DNA of 64,000 bases, from positions 3,744 to 67,743 of the forward strand of contig CAZMNF010000004.1 of the NCBI GenBank assembly GCA_964567595.1. Direction: 5' to 3'. The translations under genes and the position numbers were made by a program. Position 1 is the first letter of the stretch; the number at the start of each line of letters is the position of its first letter. The notes under the pieces are model-generated. The model did no database searches and had not been told where the DNA came from. It was given only the letters and a program-made list of their open reading frames with translations. Source of the stretch: an uncultured Thermotogae bacterium (GTDB taxonomy: Bacteria > Bipolaricaulota > Bipolaricaulia > RBG-16-55-9). This document shows positions 9,343 to 17,255 of this stretch, one piece after another.

Positions 9343-10296
9343 CTAGGGGGAGGATCGTACGCTGAATCCGCCGGGCAGTCGGTCGGTGCGATAGATGCGG
9401 AACGGGGGCTCATCGGGGCTGAAGCGGCCGTCCAGAGCCACGAACGTGCCGCGCTGCGCGTACATCGTAAGGTCCGACTCCGGTTCGTCGATAATGTCCA
9501 TGTCGTAGCGGGCCGTCTCCACGGATGCGTCGCCCGCCACACTGTCCAACGTCGCGGATCCTTGATGGGCGATTTCCACCGGAACCGCCGGGATGGACTG
9601 CTCGAGCGACGGATCGGGCTCGCGGACGTCGAAGACGATGGCCGTCACGCGGCGGCGATCTCGATCGGCGATGAGCTTCGGCAGGAACGCGTACGAGGCG
9701 AGCACCCCGATGAACGTCATGGGCCCCTCCGGCAGCGACACCGTATGAGCCCGCGAGCCCGTCTTGATGCGGGCCCGTCGCTCGCTCAACTCGGCCCGGA
9801 TGTGACGGTTTCCCAGGCCGAGCGGCCCCGTCAGATCGAGTTGGTATCGCTCGGGGTGCCACGCTGAATCCATGCGAACGCGCTGCGTGTAGTGGAACTT
9901 CACGGTCGCAAACCAGAGCTTGAGCGAGAAGTGGCCGCGTGAGGCCAATTGGACCTGGCCTTGGCGAGGTTGCGAAAGCTCGTAGACCTCCTCGCCCATG
10001 CGCTCGCCGTCGATCTGCAGCGCCAGCCGACCGCGCTCCCGGGTGAGCCCGAGCCCAGCGTCTGGATCCTCGGTCCCTTCCGATGTCTCCGGCGACGACG
10101 AGGTGCTGCTCGGCGGGGCCTCGATCTGCGGAGATGCCCACAGATCGTCGAGCGGGGGATCCGTATCGACAGCCGCGATGCCCGGTGCATTCGGCAGCGA
10201 CCAGAGCTGCGGCAGGGCCCACCAGGTGCCCATGCCGATGAGCGCCAGAACACCAAGGATTGCGAGCGGAACGCGAGCTCGCCTCAGCCACGTCAT
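9343..10296 (-). CDS. hypothetical protein with N-terminal signal/TM anchor
   Basis: 317 aa with the N-terminal LAILGVLALIGMGTWWAL. Composition is ordinary, with no recognisable domain. It is co-directional with the RHH gene 141 nt downstream. Confidence 0.5.
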   Translation of the reverse strand: MTWLRRARVPLAILGVLALIGMGTWWALPQLWSLPNAPGIAAVDTDPPLDDLWASPQIEAPPSSTSSSPETSEGTEDPDAGLGLTRERGRLALQIDGERMGEEVYELSQPRQGQVQLASRGHFSLKLWFATVKFHYTQRVRMDSAWHPERYQLDLTGPLGLGNRHIRAELSERRARIKTGSRAHTVSLPEGPMTFIGVLASYAFLPKLIADRDRRRVTAIVFDVREPDPSLEQSIPAVPVEIAHQGSATLDSVAGDASVETARYDMDIIDEPESDLTMYAQRGTFVALDGRFSPDEPPFRIYRTDRLPGGFSVRSSP

Positions 10297-10396
10297 GAGG
10301 GGAGCCTAGCAAAGGGACACCCTCGCGACAACTGGCATGGTGCCGTTGTGAAGCTCGCGATCGCGCGGCTATACTTTTCCTTTGGAGGGAACCAAC

Positions 10397-11479
10397 GTGT
10401 CAACTCGCCTCGACCGCATCGCCCGACGGCTGCGCCACCGCGTTGCCGAGGCCGACGATCCGACCGCGGAGGGGTCCGAATCCGACGTAGCGTTCGGGAT
10501 GCCGGGTGTCGACGCCTCGTCGTTTCGGCGCACCATGGGGCTCAAAGGCGAGCTGCAACGGACGTTCGACGGGCGGTCCCTCTCCGAACTCTACGCCGCA
10601 GCGGAGTTGGACCACGACTACGGCGCCTGCCTGGAGATACGCCACGAGGTTCCCATCCGTCCCTCTTGGCCCGACCCGGCCCAGTGTCGAGAGCAACTGG
10701 CCGGCACGATGCGCCTGCTCCACGGCATCGGGCCGCGTGTCGAGGCCGCGTTGCAACAGTCCGGTTACGCGTCGGTCGCCGACCTCGTGGCGCACCCGCG
10801 TTGGGGACCCGAAGCCGAGCGCGTGCTCAGCCGCATTCAGTCCGGGCAGCTATCGGACGTACACGCGTTAGTTCGACGGTGGTTTCCCGTGTCTCACGCC
10901 CTGAACCTCGGGCTGATCGGCTTCGCGAGCCCCGATGATCTTGTCTTTTTCGACATCGAAAGCCTTGGTCTGTTCGGACGCCCCATTGTGTTGATCGGCA
11001 TGGCCCATTTCCATGAAGATTGGTTGGACGTTCGGCAGCTGCTCGTCCGCGACATCACCGAGGAACTGCCGGCGTTGGCGATCGCGGCCGACCGGCTCGG
11101 CACGGAGCCCGTCCTGGTGACCTACAACGGACGCGCGTTCGACGCCAACATGCTGCGCGAGCGGCTCGACTACTACGGTTTCTTTACCGATCTGGAGCCG
11201 GTCCACTTCGACCTGCTTCCGCACGCACGTCGACACTTCCAGCGCGCTGTTCCGGATGCCCGGTTGGAGACGGTTGAACGACGATTGGGGCGTTCGCGAG
11301 AGATGGACCTGCCCAGCGCGCTGGTTCCCGACTTCTACAACACGTACCTCGAAACCGACAATATCGGCCCCTTGGTGCCCATCTTGGAACACAACAAGCA
11401 CGACGTCGTGTCGTTGGCCAGGTTGCTGAAGCGGCTGCTGTCCGACCATGGGCTGGGCCCGAACGGAAAGGACAGCTGA
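10397..11479 (+). CDS. RNase H-like (DnaQ-fold) exonuclease, YprB/MrfB-like
   Basis: GTG start 6 nt after GGAGGGA. The DEDD-like motifs are FFDIESLGL (Exo I), VTYNGRAFD (Exo II) and HNKHDVVS (Exo III). It sits immediately upstream of the DUF1998 helicase. Confidence 0.65.
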   Translation: MSTRLDRIARRLRHRVAEADDPTAEGSESDVAFGMPGVDASSFRRTMGLKGELQRTFDGRSLSELYAAAELDHDYGACLEIRHEVPIRPSWPDPAQCREQLAGTMRLLHGIGPRVEAALQQSGYASVADLVAHPRWGPEAERVLSRIQSGQLSDVHALVRRWFPVSHALNLGLIGFASPDDLVFFDIESLGLFGRPIVLIGMAHFHEDWLDVRQLLVRDITEELPALAIAADRLGTEPVLVTYNGRAFDANMLRERLDYYGFFTDLEPVHFDLLPHARRHFQRAVPDARLETVERRLGRSREMDLPSALVPDFYNTYLETDNIGPLVPILEHNKHDVVSLARLLKRLLSDHGLGPNGKDS

Positions 11480-11493
11480 GGCAGTCAGACGCT

Positions 11494-13755
11494 ATGACCG
11501 CGGATCCCCATCGCCAGGCCCCACCCGTGGCCTCGTTCGTCGAGGAACTTCGAGCGACCCGTGCGTCGTCGATCGCCCACGTCGAGCGATTGCCGGGCCG
11601 CGAAGCCCAGTTCGGCCACCTGGACCCGCCGCTGGCCGAATCGTTGAGCTCGTTCCTCGACGACGGCGGCCTGCGGCTCTACACCCATCAAGCCGACACG
11701 ATCGAGCGGATCCGCAAAGGCCTCCACATCATGGTGACGACTCCCACCGCGTCCGGGAAGACGCTCGGCTTCAACCTGGCCGTGCTGGAAGGGCTGCTCG
11801 CCGATCCCCAGGCGACGGCGTTGTATCTCTACCCGCTCAAGGCGTTGACGCAAGATCAACAGGCCACGCTCGAGGACATGGCTGAATCGCTGGATGCCTC
11901 GTTAGAGCCCCACATCTACGACGGCGACACGCCGCAAGGCCGACGTGCCCGCATTCGTGAGCGCTCCCGCATCGTGCTGACGAACCCGCACGCCCTGCAC
12001 CAATACCTGCCCTGGCACCACAAGTGGCGCCGGTTTTTCAAGAACCTCCGCTACGTCGTGATCGACGAGGCCCATGCCTATCGGGGCGTGTTCGGCGCCA
12101 ACGTGGCGTTGCTGATCCGTCGGCTGCGGCGCATTGCGGCCCGATTCGGTGCCGAGCCGCAGTTCATCCTCTCGTCGGCGACGATGGCCAATCCCCGGGA
12201 GCACGGGCGCAATCTGTTGGGCGTCGACGACGTCGAGGTGATCGCCGACAACGGCGCGCCCGCGGGCGAGAGGACGATGGTCTTCTGGAACACGCTCGGT
12301 CGTCCCGGCTATTCCGCCCACCGGCAGACGAGCGACCTCCTCGCCCAATGCGTCGCATCGGGCTATCAGACGTTGTGTTTCACGGCCTCGCGCCGCATGG
12401 CTGAGCTCATCGCCCGCTGGACCCAAGAGCAGACGGGGCTCGACGGGGCGATCACGGCCTACCGAGCGGGGTACCCCCCTGCGGAACGCCGCGCCATCGA
12501 GCGTGCCCTCAAAAACGGAGAACTGCGCGGTGTGGCGTCCACCAACGCGCTGGAGCTCGGCATCGACATCGGCAGCCTCGACGCCGTTCTCATCGCGGGG
12601 TTTCCGGGGACGATCCTGTCAACATGGCAGATGGCGGGCCGCGCCGGCCGCGGCACGCAAGCCTCGCTCGTGGCGCTGCTCGGCTTTGAGAACCCGCTCG
12701 ATCAGTACTACATGACCCACCCGGACGTCTTCTTCGCCAAGCCGCACGAGCACGCCGTCGCTGACCCCCAAAATCCCCATGTCCTGTTGGGCCACGTCAT
12801 GTGTGCGGCGGCCGAGCTGCCGCTGTCGACCGAGCGAGATTCCGCGTTCTTCGGCGAGGGGTTCCCCGGGGCCATGAAGGCCCTGGAACGCCAGAAGCTC
12901 GTGCAGGGGACGCCGCTCGGCCGCGTCTATCGCGGCACATCGCGGCCCGTGGAGTCCGTCGCGCTGGAGCACCTCAGCGAGCGCGCGGTCCACGTCATCG
13001 CCGACGGCGAGTTGTTGGAGACCCTGGAGCTGCGCCGAGCGTGTGAGGAGGCCCATCCGGGGGCGGTCTTTCTCCACCGCGGCGACACCTACGTCATCGA
13101 GTCGCTAGCGTTGGACGCCGGCACGGCCCACGCCTCGCGACAGGATGTCGACTACTACACCGACACGCTGCGACGGACGGACCTGGCGATCCGACGCGAG
13201 CTCGATCGCTGGACGCGCGACTGGGGGACGCTGCACGTCGGCGAGGTCCAAGCCAGCGAGCAGGTGGTCGGCTACCGAACGCGGCAGTACGATCGAACGC
13301 TCGGCCTGCACGGTCTGGATCTGCCCGAACAGACGTTCGAGACGGTGGCGCTGTGGGTCACGCTGCCTGACGGATTGCGCCAACAGGTGGAAGCTGGCGG
13401 CGGCGATTGGGCCGGCGGACTCCACGCCGCCGAGCACGCGCTCATCGCCATGACCCCCGTCTACGCCATGTGCGATCGCTGGGACATCGGCGGGCTGTCA
13501 ACCCCTCTGCACCCCGACACGGGCGCAAGCACCGTCTTCATCTACGACGGCCATCCGGGCGGCGTGGGCATCTCGGAAAAGACGGCCGATCTGTTCCGCG
13601 AGCTGGCGCAGACAACCTACGAGCTCGTGCGAGACTGTGGCTGCGACGAGGGATGCCCCTCGTGCATCTATTCGCCCAAGTGCGGCAACAACAACGACAC
13701 GCTCGACAAAGCGGCCGCGCTCGTCGTGCTGCGGGCGCTCGCCGGGCAGGACTGA
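11494..13755 (+). CDS. DEAD/DEAH-box helicase with C-terminal DUF1998 zinc domain (MrfA/YprA-like)
   Basis: 753 aa. It has Walker A TPTASGKT, a DEAH box VVIDEAH, a helicase-C motif QMAGRAGRG, and a C-terminal CGCDEGCPSCIYSPKCGNNN four-Cys cluster typical of DUF1998. Confidence 0.8.
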   Translation: MTADPHRQAPPVASFVEELRATRASSIAHVERLPGREAQFGHLDPPLAESLSSFLDDGGLRLYTHQADTIERIRKGLHIMVTTPTASGKTLGFNLAVLEGLLADPQATALYLYPLKALTQDQQATLEDMAESLDASLEPHIYDGDTPQGRRARIRERSRIVLTNPHALHQYLPWHHKWRRFFKNLRYVVIDEAHAYRGVFGANVALLIRRLRRIAARFGAEPQFILSSATMANPREHGRNLLGVDDVEVIADNGAPAGERTMVFWNTLGRPGYSAHRQTSDLLAQCVASGYQTLCFTASRRMAELIARWTQEQTGLDGAITAYRAGYPPAERRAIERALKNGELRGVASTNALELGIDIGSLDAVLIAGFPGTILSTWQMAGRAGRGTQASLVALLGFENPLDQYYMTHPDVFFAKPHEHAVADPQNPHVLLGHVMCAAAELPLSTERDSAFFGEGFPGAMKALERQKLVQGTPLGRVYRGTSRPVESVALEHLSERAVHVIADGELLETLELRRACEEAHPGAVFLHRGDTYVIESLALDAGTAHASRQDVDYYTDTLRRTDLAIRRELDRWTRDWGTLHVGEVQASEQVVGYRTRQYDRTLGLHGLDLPEQTFETVALWVTLPDGLRQQVEAGGGDWAGGLHAAEHALIAMTPVYAMCDRWDIGGLSTPLHPDTGASTVFIYDGHPGGVGISEKTADLFRELAQTTYELVRDCGCDEGCPSCIYSPKCGNNNDTLDKAAALVVLRALAGQD

Positions 13756-14793
13756 TCAGCGCAGCTGAGCGATCTTCTCCGTTCGGGTCTCGCCAGTCTG
13801 GCAGTCGCGGACGACCGCGAGATACGTCCCCTGAGGCTCTCGATCGAGCATCCGGTCGGCGCGGTCCATGGCCGCTCTCGACGAGCAAGCGCTCCGACCA
13901 ACGCGATCCCCGCTCAGCTTGAACACCGTCACGGACGTCACGTTGAAGCGTAGGCCGTCGTCAATGGCCGCGCTCTTGAGCTTCCGTCCCGAGGTCCAGG
14001 CGTCGATGAGCTCCAAGAACAGCTCGTCGCCGACCTCGCCGGCGAGCCATTGGTCCATGGCGGTGGAGAACTCGGGGTCGTCGATGTAGCCGTTGTCGTT
14101 GGTGTCGAACCGACGCAGCGAGCCCGAGCTCGACGAGGGCGGGTTCAGCGCGTCGTCCGAGGACGTGCCGTAAATGGACCGCAACGCCTGAAGGTCGGCG
14201 GAGGTCGGGCGCAACGGCTCGGCGGAACACAGCGCCAGCATCGCGGACCAGCCGCAAGCATCCGGCCACTCGCGATAGGCGTCGCCCAAGCCGAGCGCAT
14301 GGCCGAACTCGTGCACGAGCGCGTTGAGGAGGACCCGCTCCGGCGAGGCGTCCAGTTCGCCCGCCACGTACTCGATGTTGTTGGCCTTGAGCAGGATATC
14401 CTCCTCCATCAAACGAGGGCCCTGGGTCGCGGCAACGTAGAGCCCGAAGCGCTCCGCCGGCATGGGCCTGTCCGTCCAGTAGATCTCGTTGGTGCCGTTG
14501 TTCGTGGCGGGCTCGAGACGGCAATTTCCTTGGGCGACGCTGATGCGGACTCGCGGAAATACTTCGTTCCAGACCGAGGCAGCCGATTGGGACGCTCGCA
14601 AGATCTCGCCCCGCTCGATGCCACCGAAGGCGCCCCGGCCCCGGCACTCTTTGACGGCAAAGGTGACCTCACTTCGGCCCTCATACATCGACGGGGTCTC
14701 AGCGAGCGGAACGGAGAAGCCGCTTGGCTGGGCCGACGCGATCGATCCGGCAACGACAAGGATCATGGCGGTGATGATACTGGCTCTGCGCAT
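13756..14793 (-). CDS. secreted zinc metalloprotease (metzincin/matrixin-like) with dockerin-type Ca-binding motif
   Basis: Start at ATG 14793 (MRRASIITAMILVVAGSIASA signal peptide) follows a GGAGGG RBS. The catalytic motif is HEFGHALGLGD. A DTNDNGYIDDPEF EF-hand/dockerin-like loop is also present. The ORF-track N-extension is rejected. Confidence 0.7.
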   Translation of the reverse strand: MRRASIITAMILVVAGSIASAQPSGFSVPLAETPSMYEGRSEVTFAVKECRGRGAFGGIERGEILRASQSAASVWNEVFPRVRISVAQGNCRLEPATNNGTNEIYWTDRPMPAERFGLYVAATQGPRLMEEDILLKANNIEYVAGELDASPERVLLNALVHEFGHALGLGDAYREWPDACGWSAMLALCSAEPLRPTSADLQALRSIYGTSSDDALNPPSSSSGSLRRFDTNDNGYIDDPEFSTAMDQWLAGEVGDELFLELIDAWTSGRKLKSAAIDDGLRFNVTSVTVFKLSGDRVGRSACSSRAAMDRADRMLDREPQGTYLAVVRDCQTGETRTEKIAQLR

Positions 14794-14932
14794 GCTCTCC
14801 CTCCACGCTTCGGGGCTGCCCGCAGCGTAGGTCGAGCGGTGCGAGCGGCCGACCCCGAAGCTCCACCCGTAGGCAGGCATGCGCGCCGTCACGAATGGTC
14901 ATCTGTGCCCGACAGGCTCGTCACGCGTTCGC

Positions 14933-14961
14933 TTGAAGCGCCGATAGGTGTCGGCTACAAT
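14933..14961 (+). promoter_or_regulatory. promoter of tRNA-Glu (TTGAAG-N17-TACAAT)
   Basis: -35 TTGAAG at 14933-14938, a 17-nt spacer, and -10 TACAAT at 14956-14961, 12 nt before the tRNA 5' end. Confidence 0.55.
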
Positions 14962-14973
14962 GACCCAACGCTC

Positions 14974-15049
14974 GCTCCCATCGTCTAGCGGCCTAGGACG
15001 TAGCCCTCTCAAGGCTAAGACAGGGGTTCAAATCCCCTTGGGAGCGCCA
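14974..15049 (+). tRNA. tRNA-Glu (anticodon CUC), CCA encoded
   Basis: Acceptor stem GCTCCCA/TGGGAGC, D-arm TCTAGCGGCCTAGGA, anticodon stem-loop TAGCC-CTCTCAA-GGCTA, T-arm GGGGTTCAAATCCCC, then G-CCA. Confidence 0.85.
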
Positions 15050-15056
15050 CCCCACC

Positions 15057-15854
15057 TCAGTGCTCGTTCGGCTCTCGCGGAGCGTCGGTTGAGGCGTCAT
15101 GGGCCTGCCGCCAGACCTCAACCAGCGACGACGCCCCATGGATCAGGAACGCGCCAGCCACCCCGTAATAAAGGAAGCGGGGAAAGACGAGAATCAACAC
15201 GCCGATCACGAGATAAAGCACGCCCATAAAAGCGAGGCTCGTCCGCTCCCTCTGATCCGTCGTCTCGCTCACCATATCAGCTCCCTTGATCAGTCTCTCC
15301 ACAAGCGGGCTCGAGGTCCAGGCAACTACGGGCTCGGTCGATTGACGCAGATGCGTCCGGAACGCTCGCCAGAACGAGGGAAAAAAGACGACGTTCAGCA
15401 AAAGCCCAATCACCAGGAGGCTCAAAAGGTAAGTTGCTCCGGAGTAATAGTCGCCCCACGTGAGCAAGAGCCCAATCTCGTCCATGAACAGCCCGAGCCC
15501 GATCCCGTACATCAGTGCCTGCCAACGCTGCGATAGCGACGGCACCCCGACGATTGCGCACCAGCCCGCCAACGCCATGAAGAGAATCCCGAAGTAGAAG
15601 TGATGGACGTGGTGGCCGAACAGAACGATGTTGCGCCCGATGGCAAACCGAACGTCCGGCGTGTCGCCGAACTTGGCAACTTGGGCGAACTCGCTCTCCG
15701 CGGAGCCGACGATCAACACCATCGCCCGGATGAAGAGGAAGGCCCCTAGATAGGCGATCGTGATCAAGAACGGGATTTCGCGGCTTGTGTCTCCACGGAT
15801 CATGTCGCCCCCACGGCACGTCGCCTGGCCACGTTCGCCAAGTCTGTCCCCCAT
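15057..15854 (-). CDS. integral membrane protein, unknown function
   Basis: 265 aa (or 248 aa from the internal ATG at 15803) with ~6 TM helices. It ends 8 nt from the tRNA-Glu 3' end on the opposite strand. Confidence 0.55.
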   Translation of the reverse strand: MGDRLGERGQATCRGGDMIRGDTSREIPFLITIAYLGAFLFIRAMVLIVGSAESEFAQVAKFGDTPDVRFAIGRNIVLFGHHVHHFYFGILFMALAGWCAIVGVPSLSQRWQALMYGIGLGLFMDEIGLLLTWGDYYSGATYLLSLLVIGLLLNVVFFPSFWRAFRTHLRQSTEPVVAWTSSPLVERLIKGADMVSETTDQRERTSLAFMGVLYLVIGVLILVFPRFLYYGVAGAFLIHGASSLVEVWRQAHDASTDAPREPNEH

Positions 15855-16023
15855 CGATCATCCCGCGCGCTTCGCTCCGTGTCCAGGAACCAGGCGATGC
15901 GGGCCCATCTCCGTGACGACGCCCGATCAGCCATGATCCAGAACAGCCTAGGAATTGATGGGCGTCATCGAAAGAAGATGTTTCGATCTTATACTTAACG
16001 CGGAACCAGGGAAAGGAGACGCA

Positions 16024-16464
16024 ATGACGGGACAAACGCGACGCTGGCTGCCAATGGCCGTTGCGGTCCTGCTCGGGCTAGGTGTGGCGGTGTTGCTCGG
16101 CATCGGACAGGCCATGGACCGGAATCCTTGCGACCACGATTGCCCGCTGGCCCTCGTCAAAGCCACCCTCAGCGTTGAAACGCCCGACGACCCCAACCGA
16201 ACCACGGGTCAAGTCAAGCTGGACGGGGTCATCGTCCCTCCGCGGGACTGCGCTTCCGCCACGGTCGCGATCGACGTCTATCGCGCAGGCCCGTCAAGTC
16301 AAGCCGACCGCGAATGGATCGGGCACGGTTCAGCCACGACGCGGAACCTGAGCGCTGGCCAGGATTGGCCTTTCGAGATCGTCGTATCGGGCATCGATTC
16401 CCGTGGCGACCGAGCGTACGCCTACGATCTCAGCGAACTGAGCTGTCGGCGAGCGGACCGATAG
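16024..16464 (+). CDS. hypothetical secreted/membrane-anchored protein
   Basis: ATG 16024 lies 6 nt after AAAGGAGAC. It has the signal/TM MTGQTRRWLPMAVAVLLGLGVAVLLG and is Cys-containing. The ORF-track start at 15955 is an extension. Confidence 0.5.
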   Translation: MTGQTRRWLPMAVAVLLGLGVAVLLGIGQAMDRNPCDHDCPLALVKATLSVETPDDPNRTTGQVKLDGVIVPPRDCASATVAIDVYRAGPSSQADREWIGHGSATTRNLSAGQDWPFEIVVSGIDSRGDRAYAYDLSELSCRRADR

Positions 16465-16691
16465 CTTGCCCATCCAGCGGGCGTCTCGAACCCAGCGTTT
16501 TGACCGGGGGCATGACGCACCGTCCTACTGGCCAACCTGTCGGGGAACTCGCCGGCCAGCTCCGCCGCTGTCCGGACCCATAGGCCCCCAGGTTGCCAAT
16601 CGATCCGGTCGCGTTTATCGGAAGGCCCCGCCGTCCTCATACACTCGCAGCCGGGGAATGGTTATCGTCCCGGATCGGAGGGGGACCTGAT

Positions 16692-17097
16692 ATGCGCCTG
16701 CCCAGACTGTTGGTCGTTCTCGGGCTTCTATTGATCGGCCTCGTATCGGCAAGCCAAACGGCCTTCGAGCCGGGACCGTCGAGTCCCTCCGAACCGAAGC
16801 CGACCCATCCAATCATCGCGGGGACGACTGGGGCTATTCCGGCCTCTCCTCCAACGATGACAGCTCGGGGCTGACATGGCCGCCGTTCGCGACCACGTCC
16901 GCAAGTTGCGGGCCGGCGGCTCAACCAACATGTCAGCTGGCCTCGAGATGGGAACGGATCGATTCGGTGAAGCGGAAAATGTCGATCCGTCGCAGCGCGA
17001 AAATCGGATCATCTTCCTGACCGACGCCATGCCGAACCGGGGCGTCACGGACGACAACGAGCTCGAGCTTCTCGCTGAGCTCACGTCCGTCGAATAG
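16692..17097 (+). pseudogene. decayed von Willebrand factor A (vWA)-domain gene remnant
   Basis: A strong RBS GGAGGGGGAC precedes ATG 16692 and a signal peptide MRLPRLLVVLGLLLIGLVSA. That ORF stops at 16874. A +1-frame ORF 16876..17097 encodes GGSTNMSAGLEMG...RIIFLTDAMPNRG, resembling vWA helix-3/beta-4 with no MIDAS DxSxS. The frames are broken and the total is too short for an intact vWA protein. Confidence 0.35.
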
Positions 17098-17255
17098 ACT
17101 CCGCAGCCGAGACGCTCCGTGATCGCTGGGCCCCTTCTCTGGGCGTCGGCGTCGTCCGCGCCCCCGTTCAAGCATCGGCACCTGGCGCTGCCCTGGCCCT
17201 CGTCTGCGCGTCCCGCCAGAATCCCCATAGCAAGCCTCGGGTCGGAGCGAACAGC

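Noticed and set aside
14948-15229. 93-aa ORF overlapping tRNA-Glu
   Set aside because: It overlaps a clear tRNA and the antisense membrane-protein gene, with no RBS.
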